A stretch of DNA of 31,382 nucleotides from Nitrospiraceae bacterium (GTDB taxonomy: Bacteria; Nitrospirota; Nitrospiria; Nitrospirales; UBA2166), in the NCBI GenBank assembly GCA_002726235.1, contig PBSN01000007.1, positions 124,001 to 155,382 of the forward strand, read 5' to 3'. The position numbers and the translations under genes are program-made. Positions 10,933 through 21,218 of the stretch are shown piece by piece. Within the stretch, counting starts at the first letter, position 1, and each line of letters begins with the position of its first letter. The notes below the pieces were generated by a model. That model worked only from the letters and a program-made list of their open reading frames with translations. It was not told the origin of the DNA and did not search any database.

Positions 10933-11379
10933 ATGAAGGTATTGAAATTATTTTCTGAAGCAAAGGTTCCGATCAGATCGACCAGCGAAGCTGCGGGCTT
11001 TGATCTGTTTGCACGAGAGGCTACGCAGGTTCCGGGGAGCGTCTCCGAAGGCGGTCGAGTTACCATTGGACGAGCACTCATCCCAACAGGAATCGCTATC
11101 GCGATTCCTGTTGGATGCGTAGGACGGATTGGATCACGATCGGGGTTGTCGGTGAGACATAATCTCGAAGTTGGTGCTGGATGGATTGATCCTGATTACC
11201 GTGGAGAAGTTATGGTTGAATTGAAAAATTTGGGGGCGGAACCTTTTCAAGTTGAGCAAGGCGCGCGTATGGCGCAATTATTTGTACTCAATGGTGCCAA
11301 TATCAATATTGAAATTGTGGATACCCTGCCCAAAACTGAACGGTCAGATAGCGGATTTGGTTCGACCGGTACATTTTAA
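10933..11379 (+). CDS. dut: dUTP diphosphatase
   Basis: All five motifs: AGFDL, RSG, GWIDPDYRGE, RMAQL, RSDSGFGSTG. Confidence 0.95.
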   Translation: MKVLKLFSEAKVPIRSTSEAAGFDLFAREATQVPGSVSEGGRVTIGRALIPTGIAIAIPVGCVGRIGSRSGLSVRHNLEVGAGWIDPDYRGEVMVELKNLGAEPFQVEQGARMAQLFVLNGANINIEIVDTLPKTERSDSGFGSTGTF

Positions 11380-11421
11380 ACACAATGCAATAGAATCGAA
11401 GGATTGTTAGGCGAGGCTATC

Positions 11422-11784
11422 ATGTCAAACTCACAGCGTCTCCTGCTCATCATGGTGTTGATTGTGAGTGTGGGTGTTGTTGCCTGTACTGAAAAAGAGC
11501 AACTCCCCCCTCTGCACATGGCGGCCAAGGCTGGGATCCTTACCGAAGTCAAGCAACTGATCATCGGTGGCTACGACGTTAATCAGCGCGATGGAAAATA
11601 TGGATCCACGCCGCTCCACCAGGCCGTCTTTTTTGGCCATAAGGAGATTGTCGAGTTTCTTATCGCAGAGGGCGCGAATGCCAATGCAAAAAATAGTGCA
11701 GGGTTTTCCCCGCTGTACTTAGCGAAAGAAAAGGGACATCATTTTATTGCCCAACTTCTTGCGGAGCACGGAGCTAGGGAATAA
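11422..11784 (+). CDS. Ankyrin-repeat lipoprotein
   Basis: Hydrophobic signal with lipobox VVAC; ankyrin repeats PPLHMAA, TPLHQAV, SPLYLA. Confidence 0.88.
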   Translation: MSNSQRLLLIMVLIVSVGVVACTEKEQLPPLHMAAKAGILTEVKQLIIGGYDVNQRDGKYGSTPLHQAVFFGHKEIVEFLIAEGANANAKNSAGFSPLYLAKEKGHHFIAQLLAEHGARE

Positions 11785-12004
11785 GGGTGGCGCACTTTGA
11801 TGGATTTGATCCCCGACACAAGACTCCGAAGTCAGCTTGATGATACTGATCAAGAGTGATTGAGTAGGATTATGCATTGTAAACGGTGTGAGTACATGGT
11901 GTTTTAGAGAATTCGAGCCAAGACTGAGCACGACTACATTGGATTCTACACTGGGACCAAAATGTTACGGTCTGGGGGATAGCGGATAACAAAACCCCGC
12001 TTTA

Positions 12005-13045
12005 ATGGTGCGCTTAATGGATAAACTTAAAATGCTATGTATAGTTAGGGATGCGTTAGTTTTTTCTCTAAACATCGCAAGTGCAATACTCAAGCTCTTA
12101 AAAAGAGTTTGGAACGAGTTGAATAAACTCCCTATTCGGATCGGAATATTTGCAGAATATCAGGCTAAAACACCCACTCTAACAGATCCTGGCCTATCCA
12201 CTACCCTGAATGTTTCCGATGATATCTATGAGCTCGCAGCGCACTATTACGATGATGGAGTTGTTGTTTTACACGACCAATCTTTTAAAAGGGAAATGCC
12301 AGATCTCCTAGCTGATCTAAAGAAAGAATTTTGTCCTATGGTGAAATACTTTGACCAGGCCCCAAATGTCTATAGCAGAAATTTTTTCTGGGATTCTCGA
12401 GGGCGGAGATGGTTTTTAAATAAGCCAAAGGGAGTTCTTCAACTCAGTGTCCCATACAGTGTTAATAATACTTACAATGCACGTCTTCATCCCATGTATT
12501 CTGAGCAACTCGATTTGTACAATACGGATTCTCTTAAAAGAGATTTTCCTGTTTTCGAGAAGATTCTAGGTGACGAACTTTTACGGAAGTTTGTATCTTA
12601 TGCTAATAAAACTAATCAGCTACCTTCCCATATAGTAATTGAAAGACGCATTCATGCTTCAATAGCTGATAGAGATGATTTCCTGCCCCATGTTGATATG
12701 AGCGAAGGTGTGTTCAAAAGCTTTATCTATCTAAATGATGTTGGTCGCTTAAATGGCCCAATACATGTAAGCAAAGGATCTCATCATTGGGGTCTCTACC
12801 CGAGACTTCTAAAAGATATTTATTTAGGTCAAACAAAACATGCTTCTATACTTAAGACTGACATCGGAAGCAAATGGGGCATTAATCTTTTTGAGCCAAT
12901 AGTGGGATCAGCAGGGGATCAGGTATTGGTTTCTACCAATGCTCTTCATCATGCTTCTAGCCCTATGAAAAATCTAGAAAGATGGACAGTGCAGATCTAT
13001 TACTACTCTAACTGCGCGTGGGCGACAGATAAAAAGAAGCTCTAA
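12005..13045 (+). CDS. PhyH-like Fe(II)/2-oxoglutarate dioxygenase (start uncertain)
   Basis: HVD, FIYLNDV...NGP...GSH, distal LHH and R residues. Confidence 0.75.
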   Translation: MVRLMDKLKMLCIVRDALVFSLNIASAILKLLKRVWNELNKLPIRIGIFAEYQAKTPTLTDPGLSTTLNVSDDIYELAAHYYDDGVVVLHDQSFKREMPDLLADLKKEFCPMVKYFDQAPNVYSRNFFWDSRGRRWFLNKPKGVLQLSVPYSVNNTYNARLHPMYSEQLDLYNTDSLKRDFPVFEKILGDELLRKFVSYANKTNQLPSHIVIERRIHASIADRDDFLPHVDMSEGVFKSFIYLNDVGRLNGPIHVSKGSHHWGLYPRLLKDIYLGQTKHASILKTDIGSKWGINLFEPIVGSAGDQVLVSTNALHHASSPMKNLERWTVQIYYYSNCAWATDKKKL

Positions 13046-13112
13046 GTAGATCTATTTAAAATTTCCTTGTGGGATAGAGTATCACTAGTGCGTTCTGACG
13101 TTACGCACGCCG

Positions 13113-14540
13113 TTAATTCTTTCTTATAAGACAAGCGTGGTCATAGGCCAACTTGGACAAAATCTGATCTACGGTTTTTCTTTTTGGAGGACAAAATTTC
13201 TGGTGGGTGAATATTTGAGGATCATAACTCCCATCTTCCTCAATCCATCCAATCCCTTCTGACTTTCCATATACAAACTTCGGGTTGGCTAATTGTTGTA
13301 ACTTTGTGATGCCAACAAACCCGATGATAAATGCATAATCACAACTTGCGCGACCATCTCGGAGGGCGGATGATCCATACCCAGCCATTCCTAAATAAGC
13401 GCATATTATTTCTCGAATTGGCCTAGCGCAACCTACAATCATCGTGTCGATTCCCCTGTGTGTTAGGTGATCTCGCAACTGTTCAGGCCATTTTCCTGTT
13501 TCATCAGGGTGAACTCTCAAATGTATAGTTTTCGCATTTGTTTCAGACAGGACAGTCTTAAAATCACGGTAAAATAAATACATTACATCATCAGAAAGCT
13601 TGTCAATGTTCAAGCGCCCACTCAATGGTGATAGAACAGTGTCTTTTAGTGTTTTATGATGGTCGCACTGACAAGAGCCTCGTGATGGATATTGTGCGAC
13701 ATACACATCCGTATTCTTGAAAAGCAATGCGTGTGCGTCTGCTTCACGCTCATCAAACAAAATTAATGCGTTGGAACGGCCGGATCCCAATTGGGTCATG
13801 GAATCATATGGTCCGAGAGGAAACGTTTTGTGAACGATCAAGCACGGCAAAACAATCCGATTGACCATATAATCGATGTACGATCTGATCAGTTTTCGAG
13901 GATGCGTTATATTTATTTTTTTGACTATAACCCAACTCCGTACTTGTCTGATAAAACGGTGTATTTGCTCTCTCACACGCAGAACGAAGCTTTTCTTCTC
14001 TGACAGAAGCATTTGCCTTTCAGCGTCAGCCAACATTTGTGGAGTGGTGTGCCATAGGTGTGCTCGAGAGGCGGATATCTTTGGCGCCTTGTGCCGCTGA
14101 TATGCTGGAGCGTCTCCGCCAGAGAACAACTGCTTTACAACCTCCTCATTGTACATAAATAAAAATGTGTTGTTGTGCCACATGCAAATTGAAATGCAGT
14201 GTTTTGGTAAAACACAGTCAAAAATATATCTTTCTGGTACCTGCATTTCCGAAGAGGTTAGCCATAGATCGAAATTATGCTTTCTCAGTATAGGTATTAT
14301 CTTTGCCATGAAGAGGTGGAATTTAATGCGGTGCTTGTCCTCTGGGAGCAGCACATATTGTTCTATTACGCCATCCTGCTTCCACCCATCAAGGAGTTTA
14401 CTGAGGCCTGGAGGAGTAGAGTGGTTATACAACAGAATTATAATTTTAAACTGTTTCGTAAAGGCAGGAATTAATGGAGCAATAAATTCTATAAACGTAC
14501 GAGATGCCCAATAAATCAAGAGTTTCTTTTTCTGTATCAT
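13113..14540 (-). CDS. Uncharacterised protein, possible sialyltransferase-like GT-B; paralogue of 19579-20949
   Basis: 475-aa ORF with HLRVHPDE and GSSAL motifs; sits in a nonulosonate locus. Confidence 0.55.
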   Translation of the reverse strand: MIQKKKLLIYWASRTFIEFIAPLIPAFTKQFKIIILLYNHSTPPGLSKLLDGWKQDGVIEQYVLLPEDKHRIKFHLFMAKIIPILRKHNFDLWLTSSEMQVPERYIFDCVLPKHCISICMWHNNTFLFMYNEEVVKQLFSGGDAPAYQRHKAPKISASRAHLWHTTPQMLADAERQMLLSEKKSFVLRVREQIHRFIRQVRSWVIVKKINITHPRKLIRSYIDYMVNRIVLPCLIVHKTFPLGPYDSMTQLGSGRSNALILFDEREADAHALLFKNTDVYVAQYPSRGSCQCDHHKTLKDTVLSPLSGRLNIDKLSDDVMYLFYRDFKTVLSETNAKTIHLRVHPDETGKWPEQLRDHLTHRGIDTMIVGCARPIREIICAYLGMAGYGSSALRDGRASCDYAFIIGFVGITKLQQLANPKFVYGKSEGIGWIEEDGSYDPQIFTHQKFCPPKRKTVDQILSKLAYDHACLIRKN

Positions 14541-14927
14541 TTATTCTCGCACGTTGGATGTGTTGACAAAGCAATCGACTATGCTGAATAAGTACCGCTC
14601 TATCTGAAAGCCCAGCATTAACACGTGCGACACCATTTATCAAAGGCTAACGAAAAGATAGGGAGATGTTGAGGTATAGCTCAATGCGAATAAAAAAATC
14701 GCTGCTCTAATGCAGGATGTCGCTGTGATCTCCCGCCCAAATCATGCGTGGTCATGGCAGTCTAGCCTGTAGGGAATGATTGAATGCCTTCAATTTTACC
14801 GGAAAATAGTTTTACCCAATACGAGGATGCTACTTTGATGTAAAATTTGTTAGGACTGCTATTCGCTCGTCGGTATTCGTACAATCCACACTTAGGCGTT
14901 TCACAGTTATCCTCAGGACCAATTCTC

Positions 14928-16853
14928 TTAGTACCACCCTGTCAATGTTAGAAATGCTAGAGCAGAAAGGTCTGTTCGTTCCGCTGGGATTTCTTCACCC
15001 GCCAGGTAGTGGTCGACAATGCTGTTAATATAATTCAAATCAAAACACTCTGAAGAAAGCAGCGCTTCGTAGTTTCGATGCTTGAATCTCTCTTTGATTA
15101 GAGGTGTATAGGCCGATGCATAAATAAATTCCCCAGCAAAGTTGAAGGTTGGATCTGTATCGTAGATATAAGAATGTGGGCCAACCTGCAGGTGCATTGG
15201 ATAGTCAATTTTATTCTCAAGTATCCATTTAAGAGGATATTTCGTTGGCCGTATCTCGAGACCGCGACCACCGGACTCTGGCATCTCCGAGAGAAATTCG
15301 TGGAGCCGGCTGTCGTGGAATGGTAAGTTCATCTCGAATCCCTGTCTCTCAGCCGTGTATCCCAGGGTTGTGACGGTTCCACCTTGCCAGTGGAATGAAC
15401 TGTACAGATGAATGTACCATGAATATAACGTGGCCGGTGTTGCAACTTTGGCTGGTTCGTTTAAATATTTTGCTTCCATCTCCGAGCTATAAGATTCACG
15501 ACCGGCCTTTGTGAACATGTTACAGTTCTCCAGAGACCAACCAGGCATGCGAAGGTCTCTGGTAAATATGCTTGCAAATAATTGGCGTGCACAACTCACG
15601 TGGTCGGTAGCCAGCTTGTCGAATATCCCTCCTTGGTGCTGTCGCTTGAGGAGGTCATAAATCACATCTTCTTCAGCATTCCCCTTCAGCATCAACTGAA
15701 GGAAATTTGGCCCAAAAAGATAGGATGCCATTTTGTCGCTATACTCGCGAAATGCCAGCACAGGATGGCCGTGAATCGTGGTGTGTTGACTAAATCCAAG
15801 ATTGTGGATTCCATCACTGATCTCACCAGAAAAGACCGCCTCGCCATTAGTTGTGGAGGCTATATGTTCGGATAGTAATGCCCATAAGTACATTGACAAT
15901 CCGGAGAACATATGCGATCGCTGAAATTCCTCCCATCGATCAACGACCTCCGGTCCCTTGTGCGCGTGGTCTATTTCGATGATATCAAGCGCTACCCCAA
16001 AATAATCTGTTACAGCCTTAATCCTCGTTAATTCAAAGGGATTGCTGATACCTGAACGTTCAGCAAAATTAAAACGACCTATGACCGCTCGAACCTTGTC
16101 TGGACCGTGCAGGTGGACCAACCCAGCAAGAATGGATGTTGAATCCCACCCTGATGACACATATACAACATTACCGTTTGGAGATGATCTCTTTTCTAGA
16201 GCATCCAAGAAAAGATCAGAATATCGGTGAAGATGCTCATTGCCAAAATCCTCATCCACGTTGACGATATAGGGCGGGACTTCGTAGAAACGGATCGTTT
16301 TTTTCTCCCAAAGGGCTATTTCGCTGACACCAAGGCGACTTACGCCAACGTAAAGTGTCTGACGTTTGGGTGGCCGAAATCCATATACAAGGAGAGAATG
16401 AGCCACTGCAACCTGATCGTACTTGACAGTCTCTTCTCTGAAGGGAAGCATGCTCAGGTCAGACGCAAAAATGATTCCATCTCTTATCCTCTGGTAATAG
16501 AGATCAACTTTCCCGTAGCGATCGCAACAAACCTCTACTGACCCATTGTCATAGATCCTGACAAGGATATATCTTCCTTCGAGGTCTCGTACGCATTGTT
16601 CTGCTCGTTCTGAACAGACAAGTGATTGAAACCTTAGGTCTCGTGTAGTCAGACGAGAGATGCCACCTGTCTTATCTCGTTGCCCGGTGACACTTCCACA
16701 GAACACTGCTCGGACTTGACTCCCAGCCTTGATTGGTATGGCCGTCGAGTCCCCTTGGACTAAGAATCCAGGCGCTTCATGCAGAGTGTCCAAGCCATCC
16801 CGATTCTTATACGCAGCAACTAAATTAGTTCCTCCAATGATTCTAATTTTCAT
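14928..16853 (-). CDS. Asparagine-synthetase-like (AsnB fold) ATP-dependent amide ligase
   Basis: DRYG..DLYY, FASD, PP-loop SSGWDS, FSGEISD, LPFHD, KYPLK. No N-terminal Cys. Confidence 0.75.
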   Translation of the reverse strand: MKIRIIGGTNLVAAYKNRDGLDTLHEAPGFLVQGDSTAIPIKAGSQVRAVFCGSVTGQRDKTGGISRLTTRDLRFQSLVCSERAEQCVRDLEGRYILVRIYDNGSVEVCCDRYGKVDLYYQRIRDGIIFASDLSMLPFREETVKYDQVAVAHSLLVYGFRPPKRQTLYVGVSRLGVSEIALWEKKTIRFYEVPPYIVNVDEDFGNEHLHRYSDLFLDALEKRSSPNGNVVYVSSGWDSTSILAGLVHLHGPDKVRAVIGRFNFAERSGISNPFELTRIKAVTDYFGVALDIIEIDHAHKGPEVVDRWEEFQRSHMFSGLSMYLWALLSEHIASTTNGEAVFSGEISDGIHNLGFSQHTTIHGHPVLAFREYSDKMASYLFGPNFLQLMLKGNAEEDVIYDLLKRQHQGGIFDKLATDHVSCARQLFASIFTRDLRMPGWSLENCNMFTKAGRESYSSEMEAKYLNEPAKVATPATLYSWYIHLYSSFHWQGGTVTTLGYTAERQGFEMNLPFHDSRLHEFLSEMPESGGRGLEIRPTKYPLKWILENKIDYPMHLQVGPHSYIYDTDPTFNFAGEFIYASAYTPLIKERFKHRNYEALLSSECFDLNYINSIVDHYLAGEEIPAERTDLSALAFLTLTGWY

Positions 16854-16882
16854 GATAGCTCCATTATCAAATGACCAGTGGA

Positions 16883-18655
16883 TTAAATGGTTAATTGAGT
16901 ATCTACGTCGAAATTCAAATATTTTTGCTTTTTATGCATGTTGATTTGTGCAACCTCGGGATTTTTCTTCAGCCATGCCAGGGCATCAGCAAGTGTAAAA
17001 TAAGGATTTATGTCAGCAAAATGTGCATAGACTCTTGAGAAAAAGTCAAAATCCTCCTGATAATCCAACGTGATACGAAGGCACGGATCAAAGTCATAAT
17101 CTGACGTTACGTGATGGATACTGAAATAACGCTCATTCTCTAAATAGTATTCAAGGTATTCTGTATTAGATGGAATAACAGCAGTATCAAGGATTGTTTT
17201 AATTGCATTGATACTCACTACTTCTTTCCCTGTCCCAAATGGCATATTCGTCATAAGGGTGACATCACAGCAATGTTTGAGATGACTTTTCACCGCCTTG
17301 TCGATCATTACTTCATCGCATAAAATTGCATCACCTGTAATGCGAACGAAGTGGTCAAGTCGATGTGCTGTAGCAGCTTCATAATATCGAGACGCAACAT
17401 TGTCGAGGGATCCCCGAAATACCGGAATCCCTTCTCTTTGGGCGATCTGGGCTAGAAGATTATCGGACGGATCCGTCGATGTCGCTAAGACGATGCAATC
17501 CACAGATTGACAACGCTTCACCCGATCAATCACCAACGCAATGCTTTCGCGCCCACAAATTTTCATCATAGCTTTATTCGGCAATCTACTTGACGAACAA
17601 CGGACCACAATAATTGCCCCGACCTTACTGTTGAGGGTTGAGTATCGGCATAGTGCGCCTGCACTCATATTCCCGGTGAGCTGTTGTCCTACAACGCCTG
17701 CGCTCGAAACAGGGATCGCATTCACGGGATCCTTCTTATATTCGATATCATTTTGGTGTATGACGTGACCCTTCGGTAAGTTTCGCCGCATGAAAGGACT
17801 TTTTTTGAACATTCTCCGGTATTGTCGTTCGTGTTCGTTGAGTATACCAACAGGCCGCAACAAAGGTGCTAATGTGCGAATCGATTGAACGAATTTACAA
17901 AAGCCAACCTTGCTTAGAGCAGATTGATAGTCCGTCCACTTATCCTCGCGGTTGATGGTGATATGTTTTTCAATGACGCACGCTCCTTTGGCTAGCGCCA
18001 TTAGCGGCACAGTATATGCCTCTTCACAACCACCATCGATATGATCAGAAAAGCCAATTTTTACCCCTAATGAGGCATATTTGACACTGAGATCGCTGAC
18101 CTCGTCAAGTGAATGTGCTTCGATTGGTGTCGGGAACGTTTGCACTCCTGTCATTAAAATAGTTTGCCCGAGAAGGTTCTTGCATTTGAGGAAATTGAGA
18201 AGATTATAGATTTCGCTACGATGTGCACCACCAATGCCAATAATGACAGGCTTTCCTAACACGGCCACCTCAGCGATGAAGTAACTGTTCAATAGGTCTT
18301 CAGAGTGAATCTTGTATCCATCAACTCCCAATTCTGTTGCCAACCTCAGGCTCTTGTATCCAAAAACGTCGGAAATAATGCTAAGTCCAAGCTCTCGGGC
18401 ATGGTGAATTGCCTGACGCCACTGGTGCTCAGTCAGCTCAAGTTTCGCAAAAATATTCCAGGCATCCTCGCCTGGAATTGCACGTTCCTCAAGCGTAAAG
18501 ACCTGAAACTTCACAATCTGGGCGCCACTTTCCGCAACAACATCGATTAGCTGTAGCAACTTACAGATGTCACCCCCGTGGCCGCAGGCAATTTCACCGA
18601 TAACATATCCCTTGTGAGGAACTAGATCATCAAATCGAATCATCGGATCTAGCAT
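16883..18655 (-). CDS. Fused nonulosonate synthase (NeuB/SpsE + SAF) and cytidylyltransferase (SpsF/NeuA-like)
   Basis: EIACGHGGD, VKFQ, YKIHS, GFSDH, IEKH; SAF segment LPKGHVI; C-terminal RCSSSRLPNK, FRGS, RITGD, RITLDY.EDF. Confidence 0.9.
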   Translation of the reverse strand: MLDPMIRFDDLVPHKGYVIGEIACGHGGDICKLLQLIDVVAESGAQIVKFQVFTLEERAIPGEDAWNIFAKLELTEHQWRQAIHHARELGLSIISDVFGYKSLRLATELGVDGYKIHSEDLLNSYFIAEVAVLGKPVIIGIGGAHRSEIYNLLNFLKCKNLLGQTILMTGVQTFPTPIEAHSLDEVSDLSVKYASLGVKIGFSDHIDGGCEEAYTVPLMALAKGACVIEKHITINREDKWTDYQSALSKVGFCKFVQSIRTLAPLLRPVGILNEHERQYRRMFKKSPFMRRNLPKGHVIHQNDIEYKKDPVNAIPVSSAGVVGQQLTGNMSAGALCRYSTLNSKVGAIIVVRCSSSRLPNKAMMKICGRESIALVIDRVKRCQSVDCIVLATSTDPSDNLLAQIAQREGIPVFRGSLDNVASRYYEAATAHRLDHFVRITGDAILCDEVMIDKAVKSHLKHCCDVTLMTNMPFGTGKEVVSINAIKTILDTAVIPSNTEYLEYYLENERYFSIHHVTSDYDFDPCLRITLDYQEDFDFFSRVYAHFADINPYFTLADALAWLKKNPEVAQINMHKKQKYLNFDVDTQLTI

Positions 18656-19578
18656 GAGTGTTTAGGTCTGTGATGGTACGCATTGATCATTGCGTGACTT
18701 CTGATCTTGGTCGAAGCAGGAGTGATTTACTCAAGATCTCCACAGTGCGTACCTGTTCTGCGGACAAATTTCTGGCAAAATTTTCTTTGCGGTTTTGACA
18801 CACGGTGGGAGTACAGGTCAATGCCGTGTCCATTAGGTAGAGTTGGCGTAAAGTTCACTCTCACGGACAATGGTTTGATTCACACTCTTCATTGTGCCGA
18901 GTGGTCCGTTGTTCGTCAAGGCGAGCTATGTGGTCTTCTCAGAAATAATTCCTGCGAATAGCTTGGATTATCTAAGGTTTTACAATACATTACAGTACGC
19001 TTGGAATATGTTGTTTGAGGGGAAATAAACGATTGCCGAGCAGGATGACTACGATAGCATATGGGATTTATTGCCATTGTGCTGAGACACCATTGGTTTT
19101 GCGAGACACATGTCGTGAGATGAGGTCACTCGCATGAATACTCTTGCAATACGCAGTCGTGCTTTCCACCGTGTACTCGTTGCCCGCCGCTTGCGTGACT
19201 TGGGAACATTCTGATCCTTTTGATGGTTGTTTTTGCGAGGTGTGGCCTGGACGGGTTTCTGGGAAACGACGACTTTGTCGTAGTGGATGTGGTCCAGGAT
19301 GGAAGGTCGGGGGACGGCGCTTTCTGGCGAGGTGAAGCTAGTGTTTCGGATTTTTAGTGGAGGGGGAGTGGATGTTAACTCACTAACACCCTACAACGAA
19401 GAGTGAGAAAGATGACAATGCAACGGAGTCTAGCGAGTGTCCTTATTGGGAATGATAGCTTGCGAAACATGGTTCTCGGTGAGACGAGGAAGACTGTGTT
19501 GGCAATTGATCGAGTGCTGTCGTTACATATTATTTTCTTAGTCTCGGGTTTTTCATCGGTACCTTCGGGTGGCATTTT

Positions 19579-20949
19579 ATGAAGAAAATGCGGCTGCTGT
19601 TGGCCTTCGGAAACCCCTACTTATTCAGAGAAACAATTGCTCCGTTAATTCCAACGCTAGCTCAGGGATTTGAAATCTATATTCTCTTGGTAGATTTTCA
19701 CACGCCGAAATCAACTATTGATCAGTTGAAATCATGGGAATCAGAAGGACGGATTATGGGATATGAGTTGGTTCCGAATTTTACCAATTCCGTGAAGCTG
19801 TTTTTTTTCCTAAAAAGGATGTTGCCTCGATTGCGTTCCCGTCATTTCGATGTGTTGCTAACCTCGGACGAAGTGCATACTTGGACTCGATGCCTATCGG
19901 AATGCGTGCTTCCCGATCAATGTGTTCGGCTGTGTTTTCAGTCGGCCCTTTCCTATTTGCTTAGGAATGCGGCGATAGAACAGTCGTTTTCTGGCGTGGA
20001 CGTTTCAGAGTGTTTGCCAGAAGGCGTGAAAGAAAAACATAAAATGTCTCTGGTAGGGAGGGGAAGCCTTGTTTCGCGTGTGAGCGATCAAGTGCATCGT
20101 TTTATCAGAAAAGCATGGAGGTGGGTTACAGTTCGAGGGAAAAAGGATTCAAGGCCTTCTTTGCGTCGACTGGCTAGCCTTTACACCGATTATATTGTCA
20201 ATCGGATTGTCGTTCCGTGGTTGATCGTTCACAAAACATTTCCTCTCGGGCCATATGATTCCATGACTCACATTGGATCCGGTCGTTCCGACGCGTATAT
20301 CTTTTGCGATGAAGTTGAAGCGAAAGTGTATGCTGCCATTGTCAAGACTCCACATATTCATGTGGCACAACATCCGGCCTATGGACAGTGCCGTTGCCAA
20401 GGCTTACAGAATTCCCGTTCCCGCATTTTGGCACCGCTGTCGGGAGTCAGTGGTGCTCAGGAGATTTCAGAACGTCAGCTGTTTCTTTTTTATCGTGATC
20501 TTCGATGTGTATTGGTGGAGACTTGTGCACAGGCGGTACATTTAAGAATACATCCACGTGAAAAAGGTTCATGGCACTATCAGCTCAAAGGTTATCTTAG
20601 GGATAGGGGGATAGATGTGAGTCTCGTGGATGCTGAACAACCGCTTAGAGAAATTGTCTGTGACTACGTGGGAGTGGTTGGTGCTCTCTCGGGCGCGTTG
20701 CGAGATGCTCGTGCTTCGTGTAACTATGCCTTTATTGTTGGATTTGTTGCTGTCTCCAAGGCGTATTACTGCAATCCAAAGTTTGTATATGGAAAGTCAG
20801 AAGGGGTTGGATGGATTGAAGAAGACGGGAGTTATGATGCAGAAATTTTTTGTCGGTATGAATATATCCCACCGTCAAGAAAGAGTGTCAATGACATATT
20901 AAGGGATTCAGTGAGAGAGAAATTTGGCAAGGCATTTACGCCTTTCTGA
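19579..20949 (+). CDS. Uncharacterised protein, possible sialyltransferase-like GT-B; paralogue of 13113-14540
   Basis: 456-aa ORF with HLRIHPRE and LSGAL. Shares TFPLGPYDSMT and NPKFVYGKSEG.GWIEEDGSYD with its paralogue. Confidence 0.55.
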   Translation: MKKMRLLLAFGNPYLFRETIAPLIPTLAQGFEIYILLVDFHTPKSTIDQLKSWESEGRIMGYELVPNFTNSVKLFFFLKRMLPRLRSRHFDVLLTSDEVHTWTRCLSECVLPDQCVRLCFQSALSYLLRNAAIEQSFSGVDVSECLPEGVKEKHKMSLVGRGSLVSRVSDQVHRFIRKAWRWVTVRGKKDSRPSLRRLASLYTDYIVNRIVVPWLIVHKTFPLGPYDSMTHIGSGRSDAYIFCDEVEAKVYAAIVKTPHIHVAQHPAYGQCRCQGLQNSRSRILAPLSGVSGAQEISERQLFLFYRDLRCVLVETCAQAVHLRIHPREKGSWHYQLKGYLRDRGIDVSLVDAEQPLREIVCDYVGVVGALSGALRDARASCNYAFIVGFVAVSKAYYCNPKFVYGKSEGVGWIEEDGSYDAEIFCRYEYIPPSRKSVNDILRDSVREKFGKAFTPF

Positions 20950-21218
20950 GTGTTATCGAGGAATGGTCCGCACGAAGTTTCATGGCTCTAAGAACTCGTT
21001 TTAGCGGGGCGTAAAATATGTGTGCTTTCAATGAATATGGGACGATTTAAGTTTGGACAGGAGCTGGAGGATCACCTGAAGCGCCTGATTTTTCCGCATG
21101 TGTTGTAGTGGTTTTGCTATGGGAGTACGGGAAAGAGTATGCCAAGGCTTTTTGCGCGCTTGAGGTAGAGCGTGTTCGGGTATGTTCTTGTCCGAAGGGT
21201 TGTTCTTCGGAGGACCCT

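Noticed and set aside
13088..13108. GTGCGT/ACGCAC hairpin between convergent genes
   Set aside because: Short stem with no clear U-tract; too weak to call a terminator.
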